The notes beneath the pieces were generated by a model. It searched no databases, was not told where the DNA came from, and saw only the letters and a program-made list of their open reading frames with translations. From Octopus sinensis (Eukaryota), in NCBI RefSeq assembly GCF_006345805.1, contig NC_043001.1:114886001-114950000 (forward strand): a stretch of DNA of 64,000 bases. Direction: 5' to 3'. Every line of letters begins with the position of its first letter. The first letter of the stretch is position 1. Made by a program: the position numbers and the translations under genes. Positions 1 through 13,162 of the stretch are shown here, in pieces.

Positions 1-1245
1 GCAGCCGACGCTCTGGAGCAGGAGTGAAGAACAGCTCTTTCGAGAGGTTACACTTCCGCTTATGATGTTGTGGGCGAGAATGAGATCACCACGGCGGCGG
101 CGTTTTTCAAGAGAATAAAGGTCGAGCGTCCTCAGCCTTTCTTCGTAGGACAAATTTTTGAGACCATGAACCATGCGGGTAGCCAGCTTCTGGACTCTTT
201 CGAGATGCTGTATGTCTTTGAGGAGATAAGGAGAAGAGGCTTGAATCCCGTACTCCAATATGGGTCTCACCAGCGTGACATAGAGTGGTAGGAATATGGC
301 TGCTGTGAGCATTCCGAATGACCGTCGAATCAAGAACAGAATTCCACGTGCTTTGTTGGCAGCATGGACGCACTGGGCCGAAGGCGAAAAGGAGGAATCC
401 ACCAAGATACCCAGGTCCTTTACCTGATCGGTCCTCTCCAGCAGCAGACGACCCGGCTCGAAATCAAGTTGAATTGTAGGAGTAGAGCCGACAGGCAGAT
501 GACAGCACTTTGACACGTTCAGACACAGGTCCCAATCGTTAGACCACTTCCAAATTTGGTGGAGGCATCGACGAAGATCCTCTATATTACCGCGAGGAGC
601 GACCAGTTTGGTATCGTCAGCAAATAGAAGGGTGTGTTGCGTGAGGTCGTCGGGCAAGTCATTTATGAAGACTAAGAACAACAAGGGCCAAAGCACTGAA
701 CCTTGAGGCACGCCACTGCTCGCACTGGAGACGTCAGACCGCGAACCATTAACTTGGACTTGGAAGGAGCGATCTGAGAGGAAGGCACCAACCCATCGTA
801 CAATATCCGGATGGAAACTATATGCTTGAAGCTTGACAAGTAATAGGCGGTGGTTTACCGAGTCAAAATCTTTGGCAAAGTCCAATTAAACGATGTCAAC
901 AGCATCACTATCATCGAGGATGCGCGTCACCAATTCTTCCATTACTAGTAAGTTGGTCAAGCATGATCTCTTCGGCACGAAGCCGTGTTGGGAATCGGAG
1001 ATAGAGGCTGTGTTTAGGAGGTGGAGCATCATACTTTTCTTAAGGATGGTTTCGAACATCTTGCTGATTATTGATGTAAGGGAAACCGGTCGGTAGCTCC
1101 GCGGCTCCCTTTCTTGAAAATTGGGCAGATTATCGCTGTTCTCCAGTCTGCAGGTATAACACCCGTCGCCAATGACATATTGAATAGTCGTGTTAAGGGC
1201 TCGCAGATGACTGGAGCCAACGCTTTGATAACCTTACGAGGCACC
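1..1245 (-). mobile_element. CR1/L2-group LINE ORF2 reverse transcriptase remnant, 5'-truncated, runs off window start
   Basis: Minus-strand translation gives PLTRLFNMSLATGVIPADWRTAIICPIFKKG, YRPVSLTS, QHGFVPKRSCLTNLL, DFAKDFDSVNH, GVPQGSVLWPLLFLVFINDL, LFADDTKL, KDLGILVD, LVRPILEYG, LERVQKLATR. There is a frameshift near 1100 and an in-frame TAA near 887. Confidence 0.93.
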
Positions 1246-1749
1246 TCGTAAGGTCGGTATAATGTACACACGCAACAATATTATGTAAATGTAGACTATA
1301 TTACAGTAGTAACGACAGAAGGGTACTTCTGTAGTGCATGCAGACAATTTGACCCAGCTGAGAATATAATCCTCTCGTTAAATATACAGTCCATAGTATA
1401 CTTCATAATTTGCGAAGAGCATGTTCCGAGATAAGTGAATAAAATATAAATAATTATTTCGGTATATATCCATTCTGTCAACTGAAATAGTTGCAGAATC
1501 TTTGAAAATGTTTTGCCACATAGATTTTAAAATATGTTAAATCATTTGGAATGTCCTTGAACGTAAAACTCATGTATTCATCTGAAGAAAACGGTTTCTT
1601 TATAATGATATAATGTACTTGTTAATCAATTAAAGGAGGTGTTAGAAACGACCAAAATGAATTGACACATGTTCTTCAATAGTTATATACATACATACAT
1701 ACATACATACATACTACATACATACATACATACATACATGCATATAATT

Positions 1750-1990
1750 ACAGCAGCTCCAGCGAAATTTGTCGAACCATCTGGTTATTGTACTGTGATT
1801 AATTGTGCGTTCCCCTTTCGGACAGTAATAGATTTTGTTTGCGTCCACGGATTTATAACCCAGTTCGAACTCGTAAAGCGTAAGTTCTCGAATTAGACTA
1901 CGTTGCACGATCATCTGCAGGGCTTTCAAATCACACATGGAGTGAAGCAATGCACGCCATGTCAGAGCACCAACCACCATGATACTACAA
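1750..1990 (-). mobile_element. mariner transposase N-terminal (HTH) fragment
   Basis: IRELTLYEFELGYKSVDANKIYYCPKGERTINHSTITRWFDKFR matches the mariner N-terminal pattern (LYEFKLG..A......GE.......RWF.KFR). Confidence 0.75.
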
Positions 1991-2132
1991 ACCTCAGAGG
2001 GTTCCGTCCGTAGCTTGAACTGTTTTAGTCACATGATATTAAAGCAAAATAGCACATATGCAAATATTGCAAAATGTTTTTCTCGTTTTGTATGTACATA
2101 CATACATACATTCATACATGCATACATACATA

Positions 2133-2173
<41 letters not shown>

Positions 2174-2824
2174 TTCTATATATGTATCATGTATCATGTA
2201 CATGTATGAGTGTTTATATATATATGGTAATCTGTTAATGTACGGATTACACTATATATAAAGAACATGAGCACTAATTTTAATCCTGTGTTACGTTTTC
2301 TATGCTGTCTGAGTAGCTATTGTTTGATTTGAGGGACATTTGTATTCATGTTGTATATGATATTAAAATAATAACTAATTTACATAAGAATTGAAAATCA
2401 ACATCAACTATGTACATCGTCAACAATTATCTTACTTAAAATTCTTTCTCTTTTACAAGTTAGTTACTAACGAGGATTCGATAGATAAAGACAACTGACA
2501 TCTCTGAAACACATTATTTTCTCAGTAGTCAAGCCGGAGAAAATATAGTATAGATGAACGTTTTCTTTGTGTTAAAAGCAACAGTTGTACTAAATGAAGA
2601 GTTGATATGAAATACTTACTATATTTGAGAGCTAATTATATGGTACTACTGATTCTAAACACCTGCATTTGTTGGGGTAATAAAAATGTTATATATTTTA
2701 TCGTATAATTCAGTGTAAGTACAGCTAACAGCAATATAATATGCAGCCACTTACTAATATATATTATATATTTGTATAATGCATATTATATACTATGCCT
2801 TTTATATATACATACATGCATGCA

Positions 2825-2906
<82 letters not shown>

Positions 2907-3049
2907 CATACACACACATATTCGCGCGCGAGTGTGTTTTATATAATGAATTTCATTGGCTTACAGTTGTTTCTGCAATAAGATGTGAGTATCAAGATAT
3001 CATACTACAGCTGCATCAGAGCCTTGTATATGATGTGCACTTTATTTGG

Positions 3050-3285
3050 GAAAGTTACATTTTTAGAATATCGAGCGTCATGAATGAGAACAGTATACAA
3101 ATATTCTTTAAAAAAAACTTTTCTGTTAATTTTTCTAAATTTAATTGTTTTCTATACTTACAGTTGAAAAAGTCTCAATGACTGGAACCGGTACTGAAAT
3201 GTTTTTTATAAAATTATTTTAGCATTTTCTATCTTGACTTTTTTCTATATATATCAACTCGTGTGTTCCTTTTCAACCTTCTATA
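3050..3285 (+). mobile_element. short PLE-type terminal repeat (family U3A8), diverged copy of the 37662-38281 arms
   Basis: Shares CAGTTGAAAAAGTC..ACCGGTACT, AAAATTATTTTAGCATTTTCT and terminal ATATCAACTCGTGTG..TCAACCTTCTA with the 37.7-38.3 kb arms. Ends in (TA)n. Confidence 0.65.
3161..3196 (+). ncRNA. hammerhead-ribozyme-like motif, U3/A8 core variant (mutated copy)
   Basis: CAG-UUGAAAA-A-GUC(ucaau)GAC-U-GGAA-CCGG-UA-CUG: stem I CAG/CUG, stem II GUC/GAC, palindromic ACCGGU. Confidence 0.55.
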
Positions 3286-3347
3286 TATATATATATATGA
3301 ACATCGACAAAGCGTTGGATTTCAATATCGTTGGGAATAGGAGACCT

Positions 3348-3815
3348 CCGTAAATCCTCGAGTATAGTCCGCCCTTGAGTATAATACGCACCCCTTCTCT
3401 AACTTCAGTCGTGCGTAATTAATCCAGCAGCATCTAGTCGAACAAACACTTCCGTGCATGCGTAATACAATAATGGTGATGTTCTTAACTGTTATATGGG
3501 AATATAAATATGCTTGCAAATTGTTTTTGTTACATATTACTCTGTGTTCTGAATATTTTTATTTTAATAAATTTTGCCTACTGCAAGATATGGATGATTC
3601 TTTTATATGACTTCAATGCTTTCAGGCTTAGCTTAAGGTATTTTCCTGCCCGACATCACAAAATGCATCTGAATAAACATTGCCGGACAGCAAATAGAGA
3701 CCCGAACATTGCTTAGAAAATATTTTTCACTTTTAACCTCGTATATAGTACGCACTATGGATTTTGACATTTAAATTTTGGGGACAAAATGCAGATTATA
3801 CTCGAGGATTTACGG
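3348..3815. mobile_element. Tc2/pogo-type MITE
   Basis: Perfect 19-bp TIR CCGTAAATCCTCGAGTATA (3348-3366 / 3797-3815), TA on the right flank, internal subterminal copies of the TIR motif. Confidence 0.85.
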
Positions 3816-3944
3816 TATATTCATTGAATCATACAGGTTTGAAGAGTTACATTCATGACTTGAAGTTTCAGTGTCAATAACTAGATGATCAAAAACAAAA
3901 CAAATTACATTTTACTTTTAGAAAATTATCTGTACTGTTTGCGT

Positions 3945-4121
3945 TTATATAAATGTTTCGCAAGATTTCTGATGTGAAATTGGTGTATTGAAATAGATAT
4001 TGTTATATTTAGGATGTTTTTTTTTTTGCGTATTAACCGCATGCACTATATGCTTGGTTTTTACTTCAGCTTAATAATTATTATTCTTACTTTAGTGTCT
4101 TTTGTCTAAAGTCTTTCGTCA
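3945..4121 (-). mobile_element. diverged partial copy of the 24788-25283 repeat family
   Basis: GCAAGATTT..ATGTGAA..TTGAAATAGATATTGTTATATTT..GCACTATAT..CTTCAG..AAAGTCTTTCGTCA aligns to 24807-24983. Truncated in (TA)n inside the ribozyme-like stem II. Confidence 0.6.
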
Positions 4122-4534
4122 TATATATAGAAATGCATTTGTATATAATTTATAACATAAATATATATAGATGTGTGCTTTGATGTCTACATATGAATAT
4201 ATATATATACACAACAGTGAATAGATGAATGGATGTACACATAGATAGAGCTCGTGTGCTGAAACCGGATAAAAAAAATATATATATACATATCATGTAT
4301 AGTTCAATACAAATGCATATATATATGTATATATACATATATATTTATATATGTGTGTGTATTTATATATATAAAACGAAATATCTGGACAAAGACGATT
4401 AAAACTCTTATTACAAACTGAGTGAAATTTATTTGCACAACGAAGAGAACAAATTTCTCACATACATAAACACACACACAGAAACACATACATTTATACA
4501 TATGTGATAGGCTAATGTGTATGCGTGTATAAGC

Positions 4535-4614
<80 letters not shown>

Positions 4615-5585
4615 ATATATATATATATATGAAGGTGTGTGTGTGTGTGTGTGTGGTGTGTGTGTGTAGGTAAGAATGTGTAGTTAAACTTAGCAATATG
4701 CAAACAGACATCAGATAGATAACGCACCCTGTCCACAAATAGCATGGCCAAGCTATTTCCTGGTAACTAAGAGAAATCTGTCAGGGAAAAAAGCCTTATC
4801 AGACATCAAAGCTTATTCATGGACCTGTTTCGAATGATATAAAGACAAGTGTGTATGTGTGAGTGTGTGTGTGTGTGGTGTGTGTGTGTGTGTGAGTGTG
4901 TGTGTGTGTGTGTGTGTTGTGTGTGTGTGTGTGTTGTGTGTGTGTGTGTATTTGTACACAGTGAAATTACTGATGCTGGAATGTGAAGAAAATCAGTGAA
5001 GGTTTCTCATTGCAGTTGATAGTAAGCTGCTCTGTCTCTGTCTCTCTCCCTCTCTCTCTCTCATTCTGTCTCACTTTATCTCTTTCTCTTCCTCTCGCAC
5101 TTTGTATCCCCAGCACCCTCTCCTATTATTGTTCTGTCTCTCTTTGCCTTTCACATTCTCACTCTTTCTTTCTTACTCTTTCCTTATCACACTTTTCTCT
5201 ATCTTTCTCTCTCTCTTTCTTTCTCGTTGTATCACCTCGCAGTTTACGCACACGGCAAGCGTCCATTAACAAAGCAAAACTCGTCGAGTTGTTCGTTTGT
5301 GAGCTTTGCAGAGTAAAGGAAACTTTCAACAAGTGTCGATGAGCACAGCAAGGCAAAATACATTAAGTTTTTGTTTATAAGTCTATTAACACGCCGCTTC
5401 AATAGTTTTGTTGCTAGATAGCACCTACTAAAGACTACAGTGATTTTTATATGCATAACATGTATGAATACCACTCATAGCATTTTCATTGACTCCTTGT
5501 AAACTAACTTATGTCTCTGCACAACAAATTCATTAGAGATGTCTTATCGAGCTATTCCCCGGAAGGTTAGGACATGTTGCACAGT

Positions 5586-5719
5586 TCGATATTGAACTGT
5601 GCAACATGTCCTAACCTGCTAGAAGGATCAGAATTCCTCTTTAAAGAGGGACTCGATATCGAACTGCGCAACATGTCGTAACCTGCTAGAAGGATCAGAA
5701 TTCCTCTTTAAAGAGGGAC
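5586..5719 (+). repeat. 67-bp tandem duplication (2 copies)
   Basis: 5586-5652 and 5653-5719 differ by about 3 substitutions. Confidence 0.95.
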
Positions 5720-5880
5720 AGAAATTCAAGATCAAATCTAACTTTACTTGTGCCTCTGAAAACATAATTTATGTCATAAAATGCTCGGGCTGCCACCAAG
5801 ACTACGTGGGTTCCACGGGACTATCACTCAGACGTAGATGCACACTGCATCGACAACAGATTGCATTCCCAGAATATAGA
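5594..5880 (+). mobile_element. Penelope-like element GIY-YIG endonuclease fragment with Cys-rich linker (Neptune-like)
   Basis: Combining the two tandem copies gives NCATCPNLLEGSEFLFKEG, then QKFKIKSNFTCASENIIYVIKCSGCHQDYVGSTGLSLRRRCTLHRQQI. This is the C..C linker plus the NIIY..C..C...YVG GIY-YIG signature. Confidence 0.88.
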
Positions 5881-6701
5881 ATGAAAAGCAAAAACCAATC
5901 AGAATTTGAAAGACTGTTGGCGGTAATCTATAATGTATCTAGACTCTGTATCTTAGACAGCTTAGACGATTATATATATATATATATATCATACATTAAT
6001 TGAAGGAAATTTATAACGAGTTGACTAATCCATAAGGGAAACAAATGTATAGTCATAGGTTTTTAAATATGAAATTGGTAAAAGTTATTGAAAGTCTGAG
6101 TTTATAAAGTCTTGGTATAGGTCTTGTTTGTATAATACTTATGATAGCGTTTTTGATGGGAGGAAGAGGGAAGTGATACGGAAGGGGAATGTGGGCGTGG
6201 AAAGAAGTATGCCGAGAAGAGAAAAGAAGTGGTAGAGAAAAAGAAAACGAAAATATGAAAAAGAAGAAATTGTATCACATAACCCAATTTTTTTACAGAC
6301 ACTAGAATGAATATGAATATTCCAAAGGTGCATTTCTTTGTTTTTATCTCTTTCTTTTTCTGTGGTAATAGAATGACATTTTGTAATTTATCAAGAAAAT
6401 ATTAATATAAACGGCTAGACAATACTAACTCTATTGGCTTTAACAGCCTGTTGAATATCCTACTGTAAATGACCAATTAACATACATCAAATAGATATTC
6501 TCAGACTACTTTGACAAGTATATTCTTCCTTTTGCAAACCTCCAGTTTGAACCTGTCAATGCCACTTTTGTTTAGCTGATTTCACCAAATTAACACTATC
6601 CTAGGTATTAGAATATGTAATTTGGTTATCTGATAGAATAGAAGACCCTAAACTAAAACCGGCCAAGAAACCATATTTATATATAACAGTATATATATTC
6701 T

Positions 6702-7115
6702 GCCCCGAAACTGCCGGCCTTCTGCTAAATTTTGAAACCAGCATATAAGGTGGCGAGCTGGCAGAGACGTTAGCACGCTTTGCGGTATTTTGTTTGCCGT
6801 TACGTTCTGAGTTCAAATTCCGCCGAGGTCGACTTTGCCTTTCATCCTTTCGGGGTCGATTAAATAAGTACCAGTTACGCAATGGGGGTCGATATAATCG
6901 ACTTAATCCGTTTGTCTGTCCTTGTTTGTCCTCTCTGTGTTTAGCCCCTTGTGGGTAGTAAAGAAATAGGTATTTCGCCCGTCTTCACCTTTTGAGGTTG
7001 ACTTTGCCTTTCGTTCTTTCAAGGTCGATATAGCAAGTATCAGTTGAGCACTGATGACGATGTAGTCGACGTGTGCTCTCCACTGAAACTGCTGGCATTG
7101 TGCTTACATTTGGGA
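6702..7115 (+). mobile_element. tRNA-derived SINE family A cluster (tail fragment, near-full copy 6749-6970, partial copy)
   Basis: A-box-like GGCGAGCTGGCAGA, B-box GAGTTCAAATTCC, and central GACTTTGCCTTTCATCCTTTCGGGGTCGATTAAATAAGTACCAG, which recurs elsewhere in the window. Confidence 0.85.
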
Positions 7116-7389
7116 GTAATATATACATCAACAGTTTGTAATCCGAGAAAGGACTGTCTAAGTTATCTCTGCACAAGGCAAATGAGTTCAAATGTGATCA
7201 AGAAGCATAGTTGCATTCCAGGCATTTCGCTGGTATCTTAAAGAGGGTAGGCGAGCGTGTATCGAAACCTTATTTGACTGATATATTTAGTTATACTGCA
7301 AAGGATTAAGGCAAAACGTAAATGGTTGGTTCTACTTATTTTGGATTTAATTGGTTATAAAAATAGCAAAAACAACAATAACAGACCAT

Positions 7390-9600
7390 GTAAACGTGCT
7401 TCTATATAATTCCCATCTATAACTTCTAGGTTGGTGTCTTTCGGATACTTTTCGTTTTTTCTAATTCATTTTGCAGTAAACGAGAAATAAAGACATTAAG
7501 AGGTAGTGGCGCTGAACCTCTTCTATCAACAACAAAAATAATACGGTTAGATGTTTAATATGATTTTTTAAAATCGGCCCAAACTTTTAAAAATTTGTGG
7601 AAATAGTAAAATGAATTAGCCTATTGAACCACGTTGAAATTACATCATCCGGAAACTGACGCATAATAAACTTATGGGCTCTGAAAAAATAAATAGAATC
7701 TGAAAGTAAAGACGGTTGGTGGTAATTTATAATGTATCTACATTTTGTGTCTAGGCAGCTTAAGAGAAATGGAAAATATAAAAAATAAAACGAAACTTAG
7801 TGCATGTGAAGAAATAACGTAACATGTTCTTTAATCCATACATGGAAGGCACAAATGTATTAATTTATTTTATAGAAAACTAGTATGGGATATTCATGGC
7901 AGAGTGTTTGATAGGTAGAAGCTTACAAGGATAAGGAGGGGGAGAACAGAGTGGAGTGCAGTGGCAGGAGATGGAATGGAGTGTTGTTAGTGCAGAAGGA
8001 TGAAAATATAATCAGACAGAAGAAAAAAAATCCTAAATAATTTCGACGAGTCTTTTAAGTTTCCAGATATCCCAATGGTCAGATTATGTGAAAAGCGAGA
8101 ACTGGACAACCCTAATCTAAAACCATCCAAGATAATTGTGGCAAGCATCAAGCACTGCTGGACATAATCTTAGCGAAGGCCGATTAATGTGCAATGCGAA
8201 AGCAAAACCAGTTAGTTTATAGTTACAAATCTTACTGGATGTGGCTTGAGGAAATTTGTTACAATTAAGACGAACATGCGAGCGCATAACCACTCCTACG
8301 TTGGTCAGCATCGTATATCTTCAACGTACACAGTTTTAAGAGAATGGTCCCAGTTTACTCAGCACATATAGCGCTACAATGTTAGCCATTTAAACGTGCT
8401 TGTATTTAATTAAATCAATAACCGCTATGTTAACGTTTACGTTACATTTTTTACCACTCTTCTCATTTGATTTGCTGTCAACGAGATATAAAAATATTGA
8501 AAGGAGTGCCAAAATTCTTTAAGTAACAACGTGATACACAAAAATTGGCTCAAAGTAAAACATACATACTTACATACATATATACATACATATGTGGAAA
8601 CATTAAAAAAAAATTTAGCCAGTTGAACAAAGTTGAAATTACATCATCGTAAACTTAATACGTAATGTGTATATGTGTGCTGAAAAAAATAAATAGAATA
8701 AGAGCTGTCGGTTGGTGGTAATCTATAATGTAGCTACATTTATGTCTAGACAGCTTAGGAGAAATGGAAAATATTAAAAAATAAAGAATGAAACTTACAG
8801 CAACGGAAGAAAGAACATAACACGTTTTACAATCCTACATGGAAAAACACAAATGTATTATTTTTTATGGAAAACTAGCATAATATTGAATTTCAGAATT
8901 GGATGTGATACTTATGTCAGAGGGTAAAAACGAGTAGAAGAAACTTATTTCATTGGGATAGTTGTTTTTTTTTCATCCTTATCCTGTTGAGAATAGTTGA
9001 GACTCAACGCCCACCTTTCTAAAACTACCCAAGGCAGTTTTGATGAATACTCAGCAATGTGAACGTAACCTTCGCTTAATCAATGTTGGACTGGGTGTAA
9101 ATAACATATACAACAACAACAACCAAATTATTAATTATACGGGCTTATATATTTAATTCATGACAATAACTTCTAACACATCTTTTTTTTTGACATTTTT
9201 ACTCTCTCTTTTCTAATCTGTCTTTTAATGTGAGATATGAAGTCATTGCAAATAAATGGTGCCAAAATTCTGCAACTAAAACCCAAAATAATACTGTTCA
9301 ATGCTTAATATGATTTTTTGTAAAAAATCGATAGAAAGTTAATAAAAGAATATAGACCCAAATATTGAAAAAAAAGTTAAACTGAATGAACAAAGTTAAG
9401 ATTACATCATGTGGAAACTAATATAATAACATACGCCCAGAAAAGAAAATTGAATCCGAAAGCTAAAACTGTTGAGTTGATCTATAATGTTAATACAAGT
9501 TAGGTCTGGAAAACTCGGGAAAATGCAAATTATAAAAATTTCAATGGAACTTATAGCCATTATCTATAATCCATACATGATAAACACGAAAGTATTATTT
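7390..9600. repeat. degenerate local repeat array, about 0.8-1 kb period (further partial copy at 5885-6080)
   Basis: TAAACGTGCTT at 7391 and 8391; GTTGAAATTACATCAT at about 7632, 8633 and (diverged) 9395; GTTGGTGGTAATCTATAATGTA-like motif at about 5917, 7714, 8711 and 9471. Confidence 0.75.
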
Positions 9601-9604
9601 AGAC

Positions 9605-9990
9605 AAAATCGTTACAGCGTCCGACAAAATGATTCGTGTTAACGGTTCCAGATCTTTAAGACCGGAATTCAGATCAACTTTACTAAACCTGATCTTACAT
9701 CCTTTCAGATTCAATAAAACAAAATACCAGTAAGGTTTTAGAGTAGATCGAATCGGGAGATTTGTAGAATTTAATCTATATAAAAAACAATAGTTTCGAA
9801 TGGTGCATTAGATCGCTGCAAGAGAATGATTTGAAGTATGTTTCCAGATTCCTTATATTCTGATTTTAAATCCAGTTGATGTTATTTCGCCTTTCATCCG
9901 TCCGATCTGTATTAATTAAATTACCACTTAAGTACTGTGATCGATATTATGGACCCACCTTGTTTCAAAAAACATCTGAGATTTCTGACC
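9605..9990 (+). mobile_element. two highly decayed SINE family A copies
   Basis: CATCCTTTCAGATTCAATAAAACAAAATACCAG and CGCCTTTCATCCGTCCGATCTGTATTAATTAAATTACCA resemble the family A core. Confidence 0.5.
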
Positions 9991-10349
9991 ATATGATCAA
10001 ATTAGAAAAAAATTATATTACGGAGCTTTGGTAAATTAATTTTAAAAAGATTTGTCCAAGATTGATGTAATGACGTATTGGTATGGCACATAGTATCTGT
10101 CATAGAGAAACGATGTCGTAAGAAATAAGACAAGAGGAGGAAGGGAGATACAGGGTATGGAAGGGGAAACATTTAGTATGGTAGGTAAAAAATGAAAAAA
10201 ATGATGTATAAGTGTAAAGCATAAAAATGTCTAAGGTTGACCATGATGCTGACGTGGAATAATATATGTGGGCGAAGAAGAAGAATGAATTAAGGTACTA
10301 ATGATGTATTCAATAGAGAAGAAAACAGACGTAGAAATAATTCCGTTAA

Positions 10350-10656
10350 TATGATGATGAGGACGACGTCAACAAGGAAAATGATGATGATGATGGTGAT
10401 GATGATGATGATGATGGTAATGGTGGTGGTAGTGGTGGGTTGGTGTTGGTGGTAGTGATGCGGCTGCTGCTTGTGATACTGGGGGTGATACTGGTGTTTG
10501 TAGTGGTGTTGGTGGCGGTGGTGGTGATCATGATCATGATCGTAGTCATGATGATCATGATACAGACGTCGACAACAATGATGATGATGATGATGATGAT
10601 GATAATGGTGATGACGATGATGACGATGAGGATGACGACGACGACGAAGATGAGGG

Positions 10657-10688
<32 letters not shown>

Positions 10689-11043
10689 CTAGTGGTGGTT
10701 GTGGTGATTGTGGTGGGGGTGAGGGTGGTAATAAGAAACAATCAAAGTAAGCTAAACAGGTTTGATATTTAGAAAGGACATTTCATAAAGGACCAGATTC
10801 AAAGATTGATTAACAGGGGTTGCAGGGTTGTAGTGAGTTCGAAATTGATAGGCTTGAAAATTAAATTTTAAAATTTAAAAAAAAGAAGAGAAAAAAATGT
10901 GTAACACGGCGGGTATGTTGGTTTTTGATTAAAGATTAATTTTGAATGCGGAAACATGAGTGCGATTTGCAGGAGATATCATCATCATCATCATCACCAC
11001 CACCACCACCACCACCACCACCACTACCACCACCACCACCACC

Positions 11044-11077
<34 letters not shown>

Positions 11078-11127
11078 TCACCATCATCAACACCGTCACC
11101 ACCACCACCACCGCCACCACCACCACC

Positions 11128-11190
<63 letters not shown>

Positions 11191-11243
11191 GATAATAATA
11201 ATATAATAATAATAATAATAATAATAGTAATAATAATTATAAT

Positions 11244-11289
<46 letters not shown>

Positions 11290-11290
11290 T
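10350..11290. repeat. compound trinucleotide microsatellites (GAT/GGT; CAT/CAC; ATT/AAT)
   Basis: Seen directly. Explains the poly-H/P/G/D/Y/N/I ORFs in the track. Confidence 0.97.
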
Positions 11291-11740
11291 GGAGCGTTGG
11301 TGTGTTTGTATTGCAATATAACGTGCACCGGTATTCATGTCAGGGTATCAAACAGAAGAGTGGAGAATGAACGAGAAAATCTTTGTTGAAATAATGCGAA
11401 AGCTATAGAGACACGCGGGTAAGTCTGTCACGGAAACCTATACAGACACGCTTTCAAACGAAAGGGGAAAATAGGAGCGAAGAAGGGATAAAAGAAATAT
11501 AAAAGTAGAGTTATTTGTTATCAAAACGTTGATAATTGTAAGTGTGTAGACATTGAGGGGATTTTTAACATTGTTTAGTTTACTTCTCCACCCCTTTTAT
11601 TCATATTTCGGTCGGTGATTGTTATATGTGGTGGTGGTGGAGATTAATAAAAGGCCATAAGTTCACTTAGTACTCATAAAGTAATTAAAAAAAATATGCA
11701 TCATTCAAATATGCATGTATACTTACAGCCGTGCGCGTTT

Positions 11741-12142
<402 letters not shown>

Positions 12143-12602
12143 ATGTGATTTTGTGTAAGGATGAAAGCTGGTGCTTATGTATAAATTTCATGTTTTCCGC
12201 AGTATTTCTGTAAGTGTGCATGTGTATATATGTATCTATGTGTGTATGTATTTATGTATGTGTGAGTGTGTGTTTACAATGAAATAACTGAAAACCGACA
12301 CAAAAAGAAAGAAAGAAAGAAAACAGCAAGGTAGAGTTGTTTAATGATGTGGCTAAGGTTAAAAACACAACCAGCCGCCTCTTTTGATGATAAACTGGAA
12401 TATATCCAAGTTCAAAATACTGTAACACAGGCGCGTCTATACGGTGATGCTGTATTGCAGAGAAAGAACTCTATTTATTGAACGTATTGTAGTTTCATTG
12501 TTGGCAATCAATTTGAACATCAATCAGAAACTTTGATATAATCCGTATTGATTTCTTTTTATTCATTTTCTTATTGATATATTCATTTATTTATTGCTAT
12601 AT

Positions 12603-12722
<120 letters not shown>

Positions 12723-13162
12723 TGTATATATATATGCATGTATATGTAATTGTGTGTGTCTGTGTGTCTGTGAGAATGGTAGGTGATATATTTGTTTAGG
12801 AATATATGAATGTTTGAAAGTGCGCAGATTCTGTTGAATATAGTGTGTAGGCGCTTAGAGGGTGAAGCAGGCGGCAGGGGAAGATCTCGATCAATTTATT
12901 TCTAAATAGTCTATGTGATTATCACAAGGGAATGGTCGCAGGTGATACGTATGAAATGTTTTATGGTTGCAAACCTCTGTTTGTGGAATCTAGGCAATAG
13001 GCTCGATTTCCGCTTGAGACATTTCTTTATAGTTAGCAAGTAAATAGTCGCATAGAACTACAAGCAAACAAAAAAAAGCAGTTGTTGGCGTTGATCTGAT
13101 TAACTAAATCTCTGGCAGAGATACACGTCTCCCCTTGGGAACGTAAGACGTTTATGGGTAGG

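Noticed and set aside
5586-5719. Repeat with internal palindromes resembling a CRISPR repeat
   Set aside because: Only two adjacent units, no spacers, eukaryotic context, and it encodes PLE protein sequence.
10346-11370. ORFs with poly-His, Pro, Gly, Asp, Tyr or Asn runs
   Set aside because: All frames are simple trinucleotide-repeat read-throughs with no splice or domain evidence.
12770-13060. Possible decayed PLE RT thumb on the minus strand (NHIDYLEIN; IFNRICALSNIHIF)
   Set aside because: Similarity is too weak to call by eye; needs TBLASTN or an HMM search.
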